50,070 nt of DNA from a virus (lineage: Duplodnaviria; Caudoviricetes), in IMG/VR virus record IMGVR_UViG_3300034072_002243, positions 1-50,070 of that record, one strand, 5' to 3'. Position 1 is the stretch's first letter. Every line of letters starts with the position of its first letter. The position numbers were made by a program, and so were the translations under genes. The notes under the pieces were generated by a model. It did not search any database and was not told the origin of the DNA. It worked only from the letters and a program-made list of their open reading frames with translations. This document shows positions 8,729-17,919 of the stretch, piece by piece.

Positions 8729-8864
8729 TGGCAATGTCCTGTCTGATCTTCTTGGCGGATCGGGCGAGCTCGTCGGCCCGGGCGAGACGCTCGCGGCGCC
8801 AGTCGGCAACCAGCGCGGCGAGCACCCTGGCGACCACCGCCGCCAGGATGTCGATGAGCATCAC
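8631..8864 (-). CDS. i-spanin (Rz-like)
   Basis: N-terminal hydrophobic helix plus charged coiled coil, in the lysis cassette. Confidence 0.6.
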   Translation of the reverse strand: MMLIDILAAVVARVLAALVADWRRERLARADELARSAKKIRQDIANARETVRRQPPDERRRRLREHAAARQHGSRKL

Positions 8865-9349
8865 CGGTCGGTGAAGCCGACGCGGCCATCGCCGTCGAGG
8901 TCGAGGCCGAGCCGTGCCTCGAGGCGGCGGGTGACGCCCGCCTTGTCGATGCCGAAATACTCAAGCGCAGTTGGCACGGCCTCGATCACATAAGTCGTGG
9001 CCTCGGCCAGCGCCGTCGACCGGACATCGACCCGCACCCCGCCCTTGGCCGCGTGCATCGCCTTGGCGGTGCCATAGTCGATGGCCCGGCGCATGGCGTC
9101 GTCGACGCGGGCTTTCATCTGCTCGTCGAGCCGGATGTTGGTCCGATCCTCCATCTCGGCTAGGAACCGGCGCACGGCCCAGACGGCGACACCGCTGACG
9201 ACGAGCGCCAGCGTCTCGATCAGCGACGGCAGGAGCGCGCCGAGGTCGACAGTGGTCTCGGACGCGAGCGCGGGATGCGGCACCAGCGCGAGGAGGAGGA
9301 GAGCGATCAGCGCCGGGGCGGCCAGCGCGAACAGGTCAAACGTCTTCAT
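8861..9349 (-). CDS. Holin-like membrane protein
   Basis: Two N-terminal hydrophobic segments; directly after the endolysin. Confidence 0.55.
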   Translation of the reverse strand: MKTFDLFALAAPALIALLLLALVPHPALASETTVDLGALLPSLIETLALVVSGVAVWAVRRFLAEMEDRTNIRLDEQMKARVDDAMRRAIDYGTAKAMHAAKGGVRVDVRSTALAEATTYVIEAVPTALEYFGIDKAGVTRRLEARLGLDLDGDGRVGFTDR

Positions 9350-9374
9350 GGGTCTGCTCCGAATGAAGAGGCGC

Positions 9375-10067
9375 TCAGGCCTCGTTGGTGGTGACTGTGC
9401 CCGATGCCGGGCGCAGGACGGGGCGGATGGGCGGGCGCGGACGGGTGGCCGGCCAGCGAAGCCCAAGCAGCCGGTCGCGGTGGATGCGCGCGATCGTCAC
9501 CGCGTTGGACTGGTTCCCGCCCAGCACATGGATGTGCGTCGCGTCCTCGCCGGCGTAGAACCCCACATGCCCGGAGGTGCCGGACTTGGTGCCGCGCCAG
9601 AACACGGCGATGGCGCCGAGCGCCGGACCTTCGATGCCGACACCGGCCTTCAGCCAGTTCCGGGCAAGGTAGGGATTGCCCGGCAGGATCTCGTCGGGCA
9701 GCGACAGGGCAAGGCAGGTCTCGACGAAATCGCCGCACCAGGGCAATCGGGACGGGTCGCCGAGCGTGCGCCCGTCTGATCGGAGCCAGGCCAACAGCGA
9801 CGTGTTGTTGCGGCTCTCATGCAGGCCTAGCTTGGCCTTTGCGATTTCGTACCAGGCGGGCGGCGGCTCGATGGCCGGGCCCTTCGACGGGGTGACCGCC
9901 CCCAGCGCCCGTAGCGTCTTCGGCCCGACGATGCCGTCCGGCTCGAGCCCGCGCGAGCGCTGGAACCGGACCACCGCCGCGCGGGTGGCCCGGCCCGGGA
10001 TGCCGTCGACGGGGCCAGGGTGGAACCCCGCTGCCGCCAGCGCTGTCTGAACCTCTTTCCAGGTCAT
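9375..10067 (-). CDS. Endolysin: peptidoglycan-binding domain plus CHAP/NlpC-P60 (TIGR02594-like) domain
   Basis: VDGIPGRATRAAVVRFQRSRGLEPDGIVGPKT; PWCGDFV; GHVGFY; LGGNQS. Confidence 0.9.
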   Translation of the reverse strand: MTWKEVQTALAAAGFHPGPVDGIPGRATRAAVVRFQRSRGLEPDGIVGPKTLRALGAVTPSKGPAIEPPPAWYEIAKAKLGLHESRNNTSLLAWLRSDGRTLGDPSRLPWCGDFVETCLALSLPDEILPGNPYLARNWLKAGVGIEGPALGAIAVFWRGTKSGTSGHVGFYAGEDATHIHVLGGNQSNAVTIARIHRDRLLGLRWPATRPRPPIRPVLRPASGTVTTNEA

Positions 10068-10080
10068 GGGTCTCTCCAAC

Positions 10081-10110
10081 AAAAAACCCGCTGGGCAGGG
10101 CCGCAGCGGT
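10081..10110 (-). terminator. Intrinsic terminator between tail and lysis genes
   Basis: CCGCTG...CAGCGG stem followed by T6 on the minus strand. Confidence 0.55.
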
Positions 10111-10135
10111 TGGGGTAACGGGGATGTCTGGTGTG

Positions 10136-11176
10136 CTATTCCTCGCGGGTATCCTCTCCGGCGCCCTCGCCTGGCTCGCCCAGCTCGAGCGACGTCGTCG
10201 TGCCGCTGCCGCGCGAGCCCTGGTGCGTGACCGAGCGGATGCGATAGACGCCGTCGACGCCGGGCCTTGCCCCTCGCAGGGTGAACAACCCCTCGGCCTG
10301 GGCTTCCGGGGTCGCATCGAGCACAACCGTGCCCTCGCCGCCGCTGCGGGCCATGTCGGTCGCCTGTGCCTCGGCCATTGCCTTCGCCTGGTCCTTGTCG
10401 GCGGCCGGGCTGCGGATCAAAAGGCGCGAGGGGCTGTTGGTCTTGTTGGCGGCCTTGTCGCCGAGATCGACCTCGACGTCCTGCTCCTTGAAGCTGGCGC
10501 TCTCGCGGTCGAAATAGGTGACGGTGGCCTTGGTGAAGCCGGGCCGCGTCGTGAAGGGCGCAATGCTCCAGCTGATGACATTGCCACCGGACTCGCTCAC
10601 GGTGCCGGTGACGCCGGGCAAACCCAGATCGAGCCCCCGGCGCACCAGCACGGCCTCATTGCCGCGCAGTTTGAACGTGCCGCCGAGCTCGCGGGCGAGG
10701 CGCTGGCCGGTGTGCAGCAGGCTCTCGCCATCGGCGGCGAGATAGGGCCGCACCATCTTCGCGATCTCCGGGACGACCTTGACGTCGAACCCGGCCTTCT
10801 CCCCGAGCTTCTTGAGAAAATCGCCGATCGTGCCTTCGTCCTGGTGCAGCTGTTGCGGCTCCTTGGCCTTGCCCGCCGGGTCGAAGCCCTTGGCGGACAC
10901 GCTCAACGTCCGTCCGCCGCCGCGCGCGCCGCTCGAGCGGCAGCTGTCGACAAAGCCGGAAAAGACCTGCGCACCCTGCAGGGCGACGGTCAGTGGCGCG
11001 CCCTTGCGCGGCAGCCGGATCTGGCCGCCCGCGTCGTCAATGCTGATCTGGCAGCTGTCGCTTTCCTGCCCTTCCTTGTCGCTGACCGAAATGCTGAGGA
11101 GGTGGGGGCGCAGCCGGTCGGTGATGTCCTGGCCGTCAACCGTGACGGACCATTGTACTGTCCAATGCGATGTCAT
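10136..11176 (-). CDS. P2 gpD-like baseplate hub / late control protein
   Basis: DITDRLRPHLLSISVSDKEGQESD; position after gpX. Confidence 0.85.
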   Translation of the reverse strand: MTSHWTVQWSVTVDGQDITDRLRPHLLSISVSDKEGQESDSCQISIDDAGGQIRLPRKGAPLTVALQGAQVFSGFVDSCRSSGARGGGRTLSVSAKGFDPAGKAKEPQQLHQDEGTIGDFLKKLGEKAGFDVKVVPEIAKMVRPYLAADGESLLHTGQRLARELGGTFKLRGNEAVLVRRGLDLGLPGVTGTVSESGGNVISWSIAPFTTRPGFTKATVTYFDRESASFKEQDVEVDLGDKAANKTNSPSRLLIRSPAADKDQAKAMAEAQATDMARSGGEGTVVLDATPEAQAEGLFTLRGARPGVDGVYRIRSVTHQGSRGSGTTTSLELGEPGEGAGEDTREE

Positions 11177-11187
11177 GGGCTCCACCT

Positions 11188-11409
11188 TCAGCCGAACAGG
11201 GTGACGAGCTTGCGCTTGACCGGCTCCGCCGGCGGCAGGTCAGGCACCAGCACGATCTCGCCTTGCGGCAGAACCGGGCCACGTCCGCCGAGCCCGGGGT
11301 TGAGGATGAGCATTGTCTCGACGAGTTCCTGACCGCGCACGCCATAGAGCCGCCAAAGCAGCTGGTCGGCTGTGACATTGTCGCCGTTCACGCGGATTTC
11401 ACGGGGCAT
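11188..11409 (-). CDS. P2 gpX-like tail protein
   Basis: DQLLWRLYG..LNPGL..PVLPQG..LFG. Confidence 0.85.
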   Translation of the reverse strand: MPREIRVNGDNVTADQLLWRLYGVRGQELVETMLILNPGLGGRGPVLPQGEIVLVPDLPPAEPVKRKLVTLFG

Positions 11410-11434
11410 TCACGCCTCCCCTTTTGAGGGCTTG

Positions 11435-11878
11435 TCAGAGCCCGTCGAACATGGACAGGAGGCCGGAGATGAGCTGGCTGCCGCCTGCCCCGTCCGAGTC
11501 CTCGTCCTGCACCCGCTTCAGGGTCAGGGACCAGGCGACGATGTAGCCGACGCCATCGCGCCCCAGTTCCTTGTGGGTTTCACTTGCCCGGGTGATGGCA
11601 TGGGTGCCGAGCCGCTCGCCGTCGCCGCGCATCACCGGCACGCGCGCCCCTTCACGCCGCATCTGGTGGATGGTCTCCACCTCATCGAGCCCGCCGAAGC
11701 GGAAGGGCACCAGCTGACCGGAGAGTGTCAGTTCCTCGCCGCCATCGCCCATGAACTCGCTGGGCGCCAGCCCGCCAATCACCGGCTTTTCGGCGAGGTC
11801 CGCCGAGCCCGAGCGGCTGAAGTCGCCCGGGCCCATCGGCCTTGTGTCGATCTGTAATGTTCCGATCATGTAGAGCAT
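11435..11878 (-). CDS. P2 gpU-like tail tube initiator
   Basis: Position after tape measure; EFMGDGGEELTLSG motif. Confidence 0.85.
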   Translation of the reverse strand: MLYMIGTLQIDTRPMGPGDFSRSGSADLAEKPVIGGLAPSEFMGDGGEELTLSGQLVPFRFGGLDEVETIHQMRREGARVPVMRGDGERLGTHAITRASETHKELGRDGVGYIVAWSLTLKRVQDEDSDGAGGSQLISGLLSMFDGL

Positions 11879-11896
11879 CGGCGCCCCTCACGTTGA

Positions 11897-14395
11897 TCAG
11901 CCAATCGAATAGGCCGTGTCCGCCTGCAGCCCGGCCAGTTCCTCGCGCAGGCGCTGGCCGATGTGACGGGCGATAGCCTCCGGATCCTGAACGCCCTGGA
12001 TGACGATGCTGCCGAAGCTGACCGAGACCGGGCGAGGCCCGCCAAGCATCGACCGGGTTGCATCCGCGTCATGCACATGGCCGGAGCGGCTCGGCGTCAC
12101 CAGCTCGGGTCCATACTCGCCGACGAGATAGGTGCGCCCGCCGACAATCGGCCCACCGGCCGCACGGGCGCCGGAGATGGCGCTTTCGGCGGCTTCTGTC
12201 GCCGCAGCGCCGTCTCCGCCACCGCCCCAGAGGGACGGCAACTTGATCACTCCACTCAGGTCAATGCTGCCGATGGCATCAACAACCCGTCTGGGCAGAC
12301 CGGCGAGCCAGGCCCACAGCTCGTCAAAGGCCTTGATAATTCCGTCGATGAGAGCCTTGCCGGCCTTGGTGCCCGCTTCCGCGAACTGGCTGACCAGACC
12401 CGAGACGTCGACAGGGCCGATCGCATCGGCGATCCAGCGAGGGAAGGCTGCAAGCCATTCCCGAACGCCGCTGAAGCCGCTCAGCACCTCATCGGCCAGC
12501 GCCTTGCCGATGCGCTTGCCTGCCGAGCGGAACTCGGCTTCGGCCGCGTCCGAGTAATCCTTCATCGCGAAGAGGTCGGCGATCCAGTTCCCGACCCTTG
12601 ACGGCATATCCGTGATCATCTTTGCCATTTGCGCGAGGCTCTGCGACAGGCTCGATACGGCGAAGTCCAGGGCAAACTGCATCGTCGCCTCATCGACGCC
12701 AAGCCACACCCCGAAGTCGATCAGCTTCTGGCCGGCCCAGCTGCCAACTTCAGCGGCCATCCGCGCGCCGAAGTCGGCAGCCGCCGTCACTGCAGCGGCG
12801 AGAGCATCGGTTACGCCTTCCGCAAAACCGCTGAGGAAGTTGCTGATCGGTTCCCAATAAGTATAAACAAGGATACCGAGCGCCGCGACAGCGGCCGCCA
12901 GCGCCACCACCGGCAAGGTGACGGTGCCGAGAGCCGCGCCGATCGCGCCGGCAGCTCCCGTCAGCGTGGTGACGAGCGTTGCCATGGCGCCCGTGCCGCC
13001 GGTCGCAGACAGCAGCGTCATGGCAAGGCCGACGCGGCCGATCATGGCCGCCAGATGGCCGAGAAAGGCCGCCCCGCGCCCGAGCGCACCGATGGCGCGG
13101 GCGATGCCGAGCGCGCCGGACAGCATGCCGCTCTTCAGGAACAGCCAGGCAAAGCGCGCCGCGATCAGCGCCACGTTGAGCCCGATGACAGCGCTGGTGA
13201 CCGAGACAATCCCCGCCGTTACGTTCGGGTACGTCCCAGCTAGCTCCGCCAAAGCATGGATCACCGGCAGGATGCTCCCCATCAAACTTCGGATACCGGG
13301 CAAGAGAGCGTTTCCGATCTGAGCTTCTAGCTCACGGAGACCGTTCATGAATATCGTCCAAGCGGCATCGAAGGTCTTGAGCTTGTTCAGATATTCTTTA
13401 CCTGCCGAAGTGGCGTATTTACTCTCGTCCGACACTTGGCCGAGCGCATTGGCCAGAAGATCGGCATTCTCGATGAGCGGCATGATCGCGCGGGCCTCAG
13501 CACCAAAGAGGTCCGTAATCGCGCTCGCCTGCATCTCTTTTGGCAGCTTGCGGATGCGGGCGATCACATCGGTCAGCGTGCCGACGGCGTCCTTCTGCAG
13601 CCGCTTGGCCACATCCGTGGCACTCAGCCCGAGCTGCTTGAACACCCGCCGCTGTGCCGGCGATGCCGAGGCGCCCCGCGCCAAGGCCATGCCGACATTT
13701 CGAAACGAGGTTGCCGCTACATCCGACTGGGCCCCGGCGGCGACCATCGCCGAGCCAATGGCCGCTGTCTGCACGGCGGTGAAGCCGTATTGCTTGCCCG
13801 TCGAGCCGACGCGGCGCATGAAGTCGAGGAGGTCGGGCGCTGCTGACGCGCTGGTGTTGGAGAGATGGTTCATCGCATCGGCGAGCAGGCGCGTGTCGTC
13901 GATCGACAGCCCCAGCGCGGTCTTGATCTTGGCGAGCGATTCACCTGTCTGACCCGCCGACATGTCGAAGGCAACGCCAACCTTGGCCGCCAGTTCAGCA
14001 AAGCTCAGCAATTCATCGCCGGCCATGCCGGCCTGACCGGCATCCGCAACGATTCGCGCGAGGTCTGTTGCAGCCATCGGGATCTCGCGGGTCATATCAA
14101 GAATGTCGCGCTGCATCTGCGCCAGGCCGTCAGGCTGCGGAAAGTCGACGACCTTTGCGATATCCGCCATGGCCGACTGCAACTCACTTGCTGCGCGAAC
14201 CGGTGCACTGATGGCATGACCGAGTGCAAAGGCCGCTGCACCAGCGCCAAACAAGTTTCCTCGGGCCGCAGCCAGCGCCTGATTGTTGGCCGCGATGCTG
14301 CGCTGCAGGCCGCTGATCTGCGCCGAGACTGCCCGCGCCGGAGCGGAAACCCGGTCCAGCAGGGACACGACCAGTTGCGAGGTAAGTGTTGTCAT
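11897..14395 (-). CDS. Tail tape measure protein (TP901-like core)
   Basis: 832 aa, Ala-rich, SAMADIAKVVD, hydrophobic mid-region, GARAAGGPI motif. Confidence 0.92.
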   Translation of the reverse strand: MTTLTSQLVVSLLDRVSAPARAVSAQISGLQRSIAANNQALAAARGNLFGAGAAAFALGHAISAPVRAASELQSAMADIAKVVDFPQPDGLAQMQRDILDMTREIPMAATDLARIVADAGQAGMAGDELLSFAELAAKVGVAFDMSAGQTGESLAKIKTALGLSIDDTRLLADAMNHLSNTSASAAPDLLDFMRRVGSTGKQYGFTAVQTAAIGSAMVAAGAQSDVAATSFRNVGMALARGASASPAQRRVFKQLGLSATDVAKRLQKDAVGTLTDVIARIRKLPKEMQASAITDLFGAEARAIMPLIENADLLANALGQVSDESKYATSAGKEYLNKLKTFDAAWTIFMNGLRELEAQIGNALLPGIRSLMGSILPVIHALAELAGTYPNVTAGIVSVTSAVIGLNVALIAARFAWLFLKSGMLSGALGIARAIGALGRGAAFLGHLAAMIGRVGLAMTLLSATGGTGAMATLVTTLTGAAGAIGAALGTVTLPVVALAAAVAALGILVYTYWEPISNFLSGFAEGVTDALAAAVTAAADFGARMAAEVGSWAGQKLIDFGVWLGVDEATMQFALDFAVSSLSQSLAQMAKMITDMPSRVGNWIADLFAMKDYSDAAEAEFRSAGKRIGKALADEVLSGFSGVREWLAAFPRWIADAIGPVDVSGLVSQFAEAGTKAGKALIDGIIKAFDELWAWLAGLPRRVVDAIGSIDLSGVIKLPSLWGGGGDGAAATEAAESAISGARAAGGPIVGGRTYLVGEYGPELVTPSRSGHVHDADATRSMLGGPRPVSVSFGSIVIQGVQDPEAIARHIGQRLREELAGLQADTAYSIG

Positions 14396-14458
14396 GCCAG
14401 TTTCACCAAGGGTTGCAAATTTCCCGAAAAAGGCGGCCCAGAAGTGGAGGCACACGCA

Positions 14459-14755
14459 ATGGCGCAGGTCATTCGCACGGAGACGCGACAGCGCGGTTTC
14501 TTCGGCAAACTGTTCAAATGGACATTCATCATCTTCAACATCGCCATGGTCCTGTGGCTGGTCTCCTATTGGGGAAACATCGCCAGACTGTCCGAAGGGC
14601 TGACATCGAATGCAGAAAAGGCCGGGACGGTCATTGGCGCTACGGCCGGAACCGGGGTTCTGGTCTTTGTCTGGGCTGCCGGGGATATCATCCTCGGCCT
14701 GTTCGTGCTCCTGACCCGGGGCAAGACCGTCATTGTCGAGGAGACAGTCGCTTGA
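14459..14755 (+). CDS. Small two-TM membrane protein (moron, possible superinfection exclusion)
   Basis: GGAGG RBS; 98 aa with two hydrophobic helices; antisense to the tail operon. Confidence 0.75.
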   Translation: MAQVIRTETRQRGFFGKLFKWTFIIFNIAMVLWLVSYWGNIARLSEGLTSNAEKAGTVIGATAGTGVLVFVWAAGDIILGLFVLLTRGKTVIVEETVA

Positions 14756-15075
14756 GGTTCCTTGCCCTTCTTGTGTGCCTCTGCGCGTTTTCCGCGCCGG
14801 CCCATGCCTGGTCCGCCCTGGAGCGGATGAACGCGGCGACCAAGCTCGGCTCCGTCCTCGGGTCGGAAGACCTGTGCGGGCTGACCTTCAACCAGGACGC
14901 CATTTCCGCCTATATCGACAAGACCGTGCCAGCCGATGACATGGAGTTCGCCTCTATGCTTTCCATGATGTCGGACGGAACCAGCTTCCAGCTCAAGGAC
15001 ATGACACCGTCCCAGAAAACGGCGCATTGCCGCCAGACCGAGCGGGTGGCGAAATCCTTCGGGTTCATTCCGTAA
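14752..15075 (+). CDS. Secreted/periplasmic protein (moron)
   Basis: TTGA overlap; signal peptide ending APAHA|W; two Cys in the mature part. Confidence 0.7.
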   Translation: MRFLALLVCLCAFSAPAHAWSALERMNAATKLGSVLGSEDLCGLTFNQDAISAYIDKTVPADDMEFASMLSMMSDGTSFQLKDMTPSQKTAHCRQTERVAKSFGFIP

Positions 15076-15099
15076 CGACTGCAATCGCCACGCGCGGGC

Positions 15100-15303
15100 T
15101 CACTTCGGCCCGCGCGACCGCGCCTCTGCCCGCAGCACCCGGGCGAGACCCGTGGCGTAGTCGAGGAACTTGTCGATATCCCAGTCCTCGACGCGGTCGA
15201 TGTCGGTGTTGAGCTCCCGCGCCAGACGGATGATCAGGTCGCGCCAGCGGACGCTGTCTGCGGATCCGTCAGCGCTGCCTGCAGCGCGGCGGCCCGCTTT
15301 CCC
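15100..15303 (-). CDS. -1 frameshift extension of the tail chaperone (gpGT / gpE+E'-like)
   Basis: Slippery G-GGA-AAG at 15303-15297; the -1 frame is open to 15100 (..WRDLIIRLARELNTDIDRVEDWDIDKFLDYA..). Confidence 0.8.
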   Translation of the reverse strand, partial: GKAGRRAAGSADGSADSVRWRDLIIRLARELNTDIDRVEDWDIDKFLDYATGLARVLRAEARSRGPK

Positions 15304-15557
15304 ATCAGCGGCACCGAACGCTCCACCAGTGTCTGGAGATCGTCCATGTCCAGTTCGGCAATGACCGCGCGGTCGACGCCGGCAAGTGCTGCATAGAGCC
15401 GGAACCCGGCCTCGGCGGAATTCTCGAGCCCCTCGGCCAGCAACGCGTCCTTGGCGCGCATGCGGCGCAGGGTCAGGGTCGAATAGGTGACGCCCGCAAC
15501 CTCGACCGGGAAGGCAAGCTCTATGGTTACAGCGCGCTGCGAAATGTCCTGCGTCAT
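15234..15557 (-). CDS. Tail assembly chaperone (P2 gpE / lambda gpG-like)
   Basis: TIELAFPVEVAG..LTLRRMRAKD..ELDMDDL; between tube and tape measure genes. Confidence 0.85.
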   Translation of the reverse strand: MTQDISQRAVTIELAFPVEVAGVTYSTLTLRRMRAKDALLAEGLENSAEAGFRLYAALAGVDRAVIAELDMDDLQTLVERSVPLMGKRAAALQAALTDPQTASAGAT

Positions 15558-15568
15558 GATGCACCTTG

Positions 15569-15600
15569 AAAAAAAGCGGCCGCCCCGCGTCAGGGCGGCC
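15569..15600 (-). terminator. Intrinsic terminator after the tail tube gene
   Basis: GGCCGCCC...GGGCGGCC stem plus T7. Confidence 0.65.
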
Positions 15601-15632
15601 AGTTGGAGGACGGCGAGAAGTGCGTTGGCGGG

Positions 15633-16148
15633 TCAGCGCCCGAGGGCCTCGCGGATCGGGGCCCAGAGATCCTTGCCCTTGAAGCGCAGGATGCGCTCGG
15701 CTTCGTCGGCGTAGATCAGCTCGGTGCCGTCGAGATGCAACTCGAAATGCGAGACCTCGGTGATCGCGTGCGAACAGCCCTGGAAATCCTCCGGGTCGGT
15801 CTCGTCCGGCTCCCAGCTCGTCACCGCGCCCTCGATGACGCAGCGACCGGGAACCGAGACGCCTGTGCGCTTGTTGCGATAGGCGCCGGCGAAGGTCCAG
15901 CGGTCGATCTCGCCGAACCCGGTGAAGACATCCGTGTCGATGCCCTTCACCGCAAAGGCCGGTTCGATCTTCTCCAGCCGCGGCAAGGTCACATCGCTCG
16001 ACAGGACGGACCCACCAGGACCATGACTGGCTTTCGCCAGCTTGATCGCCGGGATCGTCAGCTTGCTGAGGATGATCGAGCGATCGGCCGAGGTGTCGCT
16101 GTCGCGGCGCACATCGACCGCCTGCAGGACGTAGAGGGGAAGCTGCAT
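15633..16148 (-). CDS. Major tail tube protein (P2 FII-like)
   Basis: 171 aa after the sheath gene; AAGGAG RBS. Confidence 0.8.
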   Translation of the reverse strand: MQLPLYVLQAVDVRRDSDTSADRSIILSKLTIPAIKLAKASHGPGGSVLSSDVTLPRLEKIEPAFAVKGIDTDVFTGFGEIDRWTFAGAYRNKRTGVSVPGRCVIEGAVTSWEPDETDPEDFQGCSHAITEVSHFELHLDGTELIYADEAERILRFKGKDLWAPIREALGR

Positions 16149-16168
16149 GGTTGGCTCCTTGGGCTGCA

Positions 16169-17401
16169 TCAGGCCGTGGCGTTGAGGCGCGCGATGATCT
16201 CGCTGACGAGGCCATCGACGGCGGGGCGGTAGCGGCGGATTTCGTGGCTGGCCAGCTTGAAGGCCGGGGCCGGCTCGACGCCGATGTCCAGCTTCAGGTG
16301 ACCCATGCGGATCTGTTCCGGGCTGTTCTGGCTGCGCCGGAACATCGTCTCCTTGGGCGAATAACCAAGGATCCGGTTGGCCGCCTTGTGATCGCGCAGG
16401 GCGAAGGCGATGGAGTTGATCCAGGCCTCGACCAGCCCCGCGCTGACCTTCCGGCCCAGGAACTCGCGGGTGATGGCGATGATCTGGGTGACGATGTAGT
16501 CGGTGGCGCGAACCTGGTGGATCTGCTCCCAGAGCTCGCCGGTCTGCGCGTTGTCCGTGCCGATGAACCGGTAACCGCCATCGGCGGCGGCGGCGTCAAC
16601 GCCTGCCTCGCCCTCGACGACGATGGAAACATTGGCCGCCAGAAGCTGCTGGCCTTCGGTCGAGCCGTCGAGCAGGGAGAACGGGATCTTGCGCGCGACC
16701 CCGGCCAGCCCGAACACCGGGCGATTGGCGAAGGGATCGAAGGGGAAGCCGCCGTTTTCGTTGTCCACGCGGGCGATCAGTCCGGCAATGCGCGGGGCCA
16801 TCGACCGGGTGACGACGGTGGAGCCCTCCCAGACGCGGGCCTCGCTGCCGATCGGCATCAGGCGCTCGCTGGTCATGGTCTCGCGCGCGTCGATGGAATT
16901 TGCCTTGCTGGTCGCGTCCACATCGACCGGCGCGATGGCCAGAATCTTCGGCAGGTTCGCCTCGAGCGCGGCAATGACCGGGTTGGTCGTGTTGAGATCC
17001 GGCCGCCAGGCGGTGCGCCCGGCAACCACGACGCGCGGGGTGGCGTTGACCGCCGAGGGGATCGAGGCGAGCCCGTTGACGATGGCCGCGATGGCCGCGC
17101 AGGTGGCCGCCGCATTGGCGCCCTCGGCCACGCGCACGACCGTGACATCCGCGCCCGCGTTGATCGAGGTCAGCTGGTCATTGATGCCCCGCACCGCATC
17201 GCGCAGGAGGCCGGTCCCGAGGGCGGCGACCGCATCCGTGTCGGACGAGGCGATGCGCTTCGGAGTATCGAGCGGATACTCAGTGGCTGACGCATCAGCC
17301 GAGGTCTCGATGACGAGGATCTTGGAAAAATCCGCGCCGAGCGCAGGCACCGGCTCGTCCTGCGGCCGGGTGAACTGCATGCCGAAAACCGGTGCACTCA
17401 T
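16169..17401 (-). CDS. Tail sheath protein (P2 FI-like)
   Basis: 410 aa; APRIAGLIARVD, GYRFIG, NSPEQIRMGHL motifs. Confidence 0.9.
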   Translation of the reverse strand: MSAPVFGMQFTRPQDEPVPALGADFSKILVIETSADASATEYPLDTPKRIASSDTDAVAALGTGLLRDAVRGINDQLTSINAGADVTVVRVAEGANAAATCAAIAAIVNGLASIPSAVNATPRVVVAGRTAWRPDLNTTNPVIAALEANLPKILAIAPVDVDATSKANSIDARETMTSERLMPIGSEARVWEGSTVVTRSMAPRIAGLIARVDNENGGFPFDPFANRPVFGLAGVARKIPFSLLDGSTEGQQLLAANVSIVVEGEAGVDAAAADGGYRFIGTDNAQTGELWEQIHQVRATDYIVTQIIAITREFLGRKVSAGLVEAWINSIAFALRDHKAANRILGYSPKETMFRRSQNSPEQIRMGHLKLDIGVEPAPAFKLASHEIRRYRPAVDGLVSEIIARLNATA

Positions 17402-17436
17402 TATTCGCTCCTGTGGTGATAGGGGCCCGAACGGGC

Positions 17437-17463
17437 AAAGAAAAAGCCCGCCGAAGCGGGCCT
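17437..17463 (-). terminator. Intrinsic terminator with cUUCGg loop
   Basis: GGCCCGC-TTCG-GCGGGCT followed by TTTTCTTT on the minus strand. Confidence 0.75.
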
Positions 17464-17487
17464 TGATCAGGGTGTGTGGTCAGACCG

Positions 17488-17919
17488 TCAGGCGGGCCAG
17501 CCTGCCATGATGTCGATGGTGTCGAGCTCCGCGTCGTCCTCGGCCGCCGCCACCAACAGTTTGAGGTCGTTCGCATGGACGACGAGCAAGCCCTCTCGAG
17601 CTGCGAGGCGGGAGCCGAACATGAAGACCGTCTGCGCGTCCATCGAGACGCGGCTGTCATCCGCCGCGATCCAGGCGAAATCGACGGGCTCGCCGTGCCA
17701 GCGGAGATTGCCCGGCTGGGCCCCTCCTGTGATCGCCCCAAGTGCAGATATCCGGGCCCGGTCGATGCGCTCGCGGCTAACAGGGTCCGCCTGAAATGCG
17801 ACGCCGCTGAATGTGAACGGTGCGTCGATGCGGCGGTCCCGTTCGGCGTTGATCTTCTGGACCATTTGATCGCGGCGACTGAGAACCAGCGCCGGGCGAA
17901 AACGTCTGGCTGCCATCAT
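17488..17919 (-). CDS. DUF4376-like tail fibre assembly protein
   Basis: INAERDRRI..FQADPVSRERI..WIAADDSRV..AGWP. Confidence 0.75.
   Translation of the reverse strand: MMAARRFRPALVLSRRDQMVQKINAERDRRIDAPFTFSGVAFQADPVSRERIDRARISALGAITGGAQPGNLRWHGEPVDFAWIAADDSRVSMDAQTVFMFGSRLAAREGLLVVHANDLKLLVAAAEDDAELDTIDIMAGWPA

Noticed and set aside
14566-15084. Third bridge ORF across the tape-measure moron
   Set aside because: It is not coupled to the chaperone stop and it terminates inside the moron.
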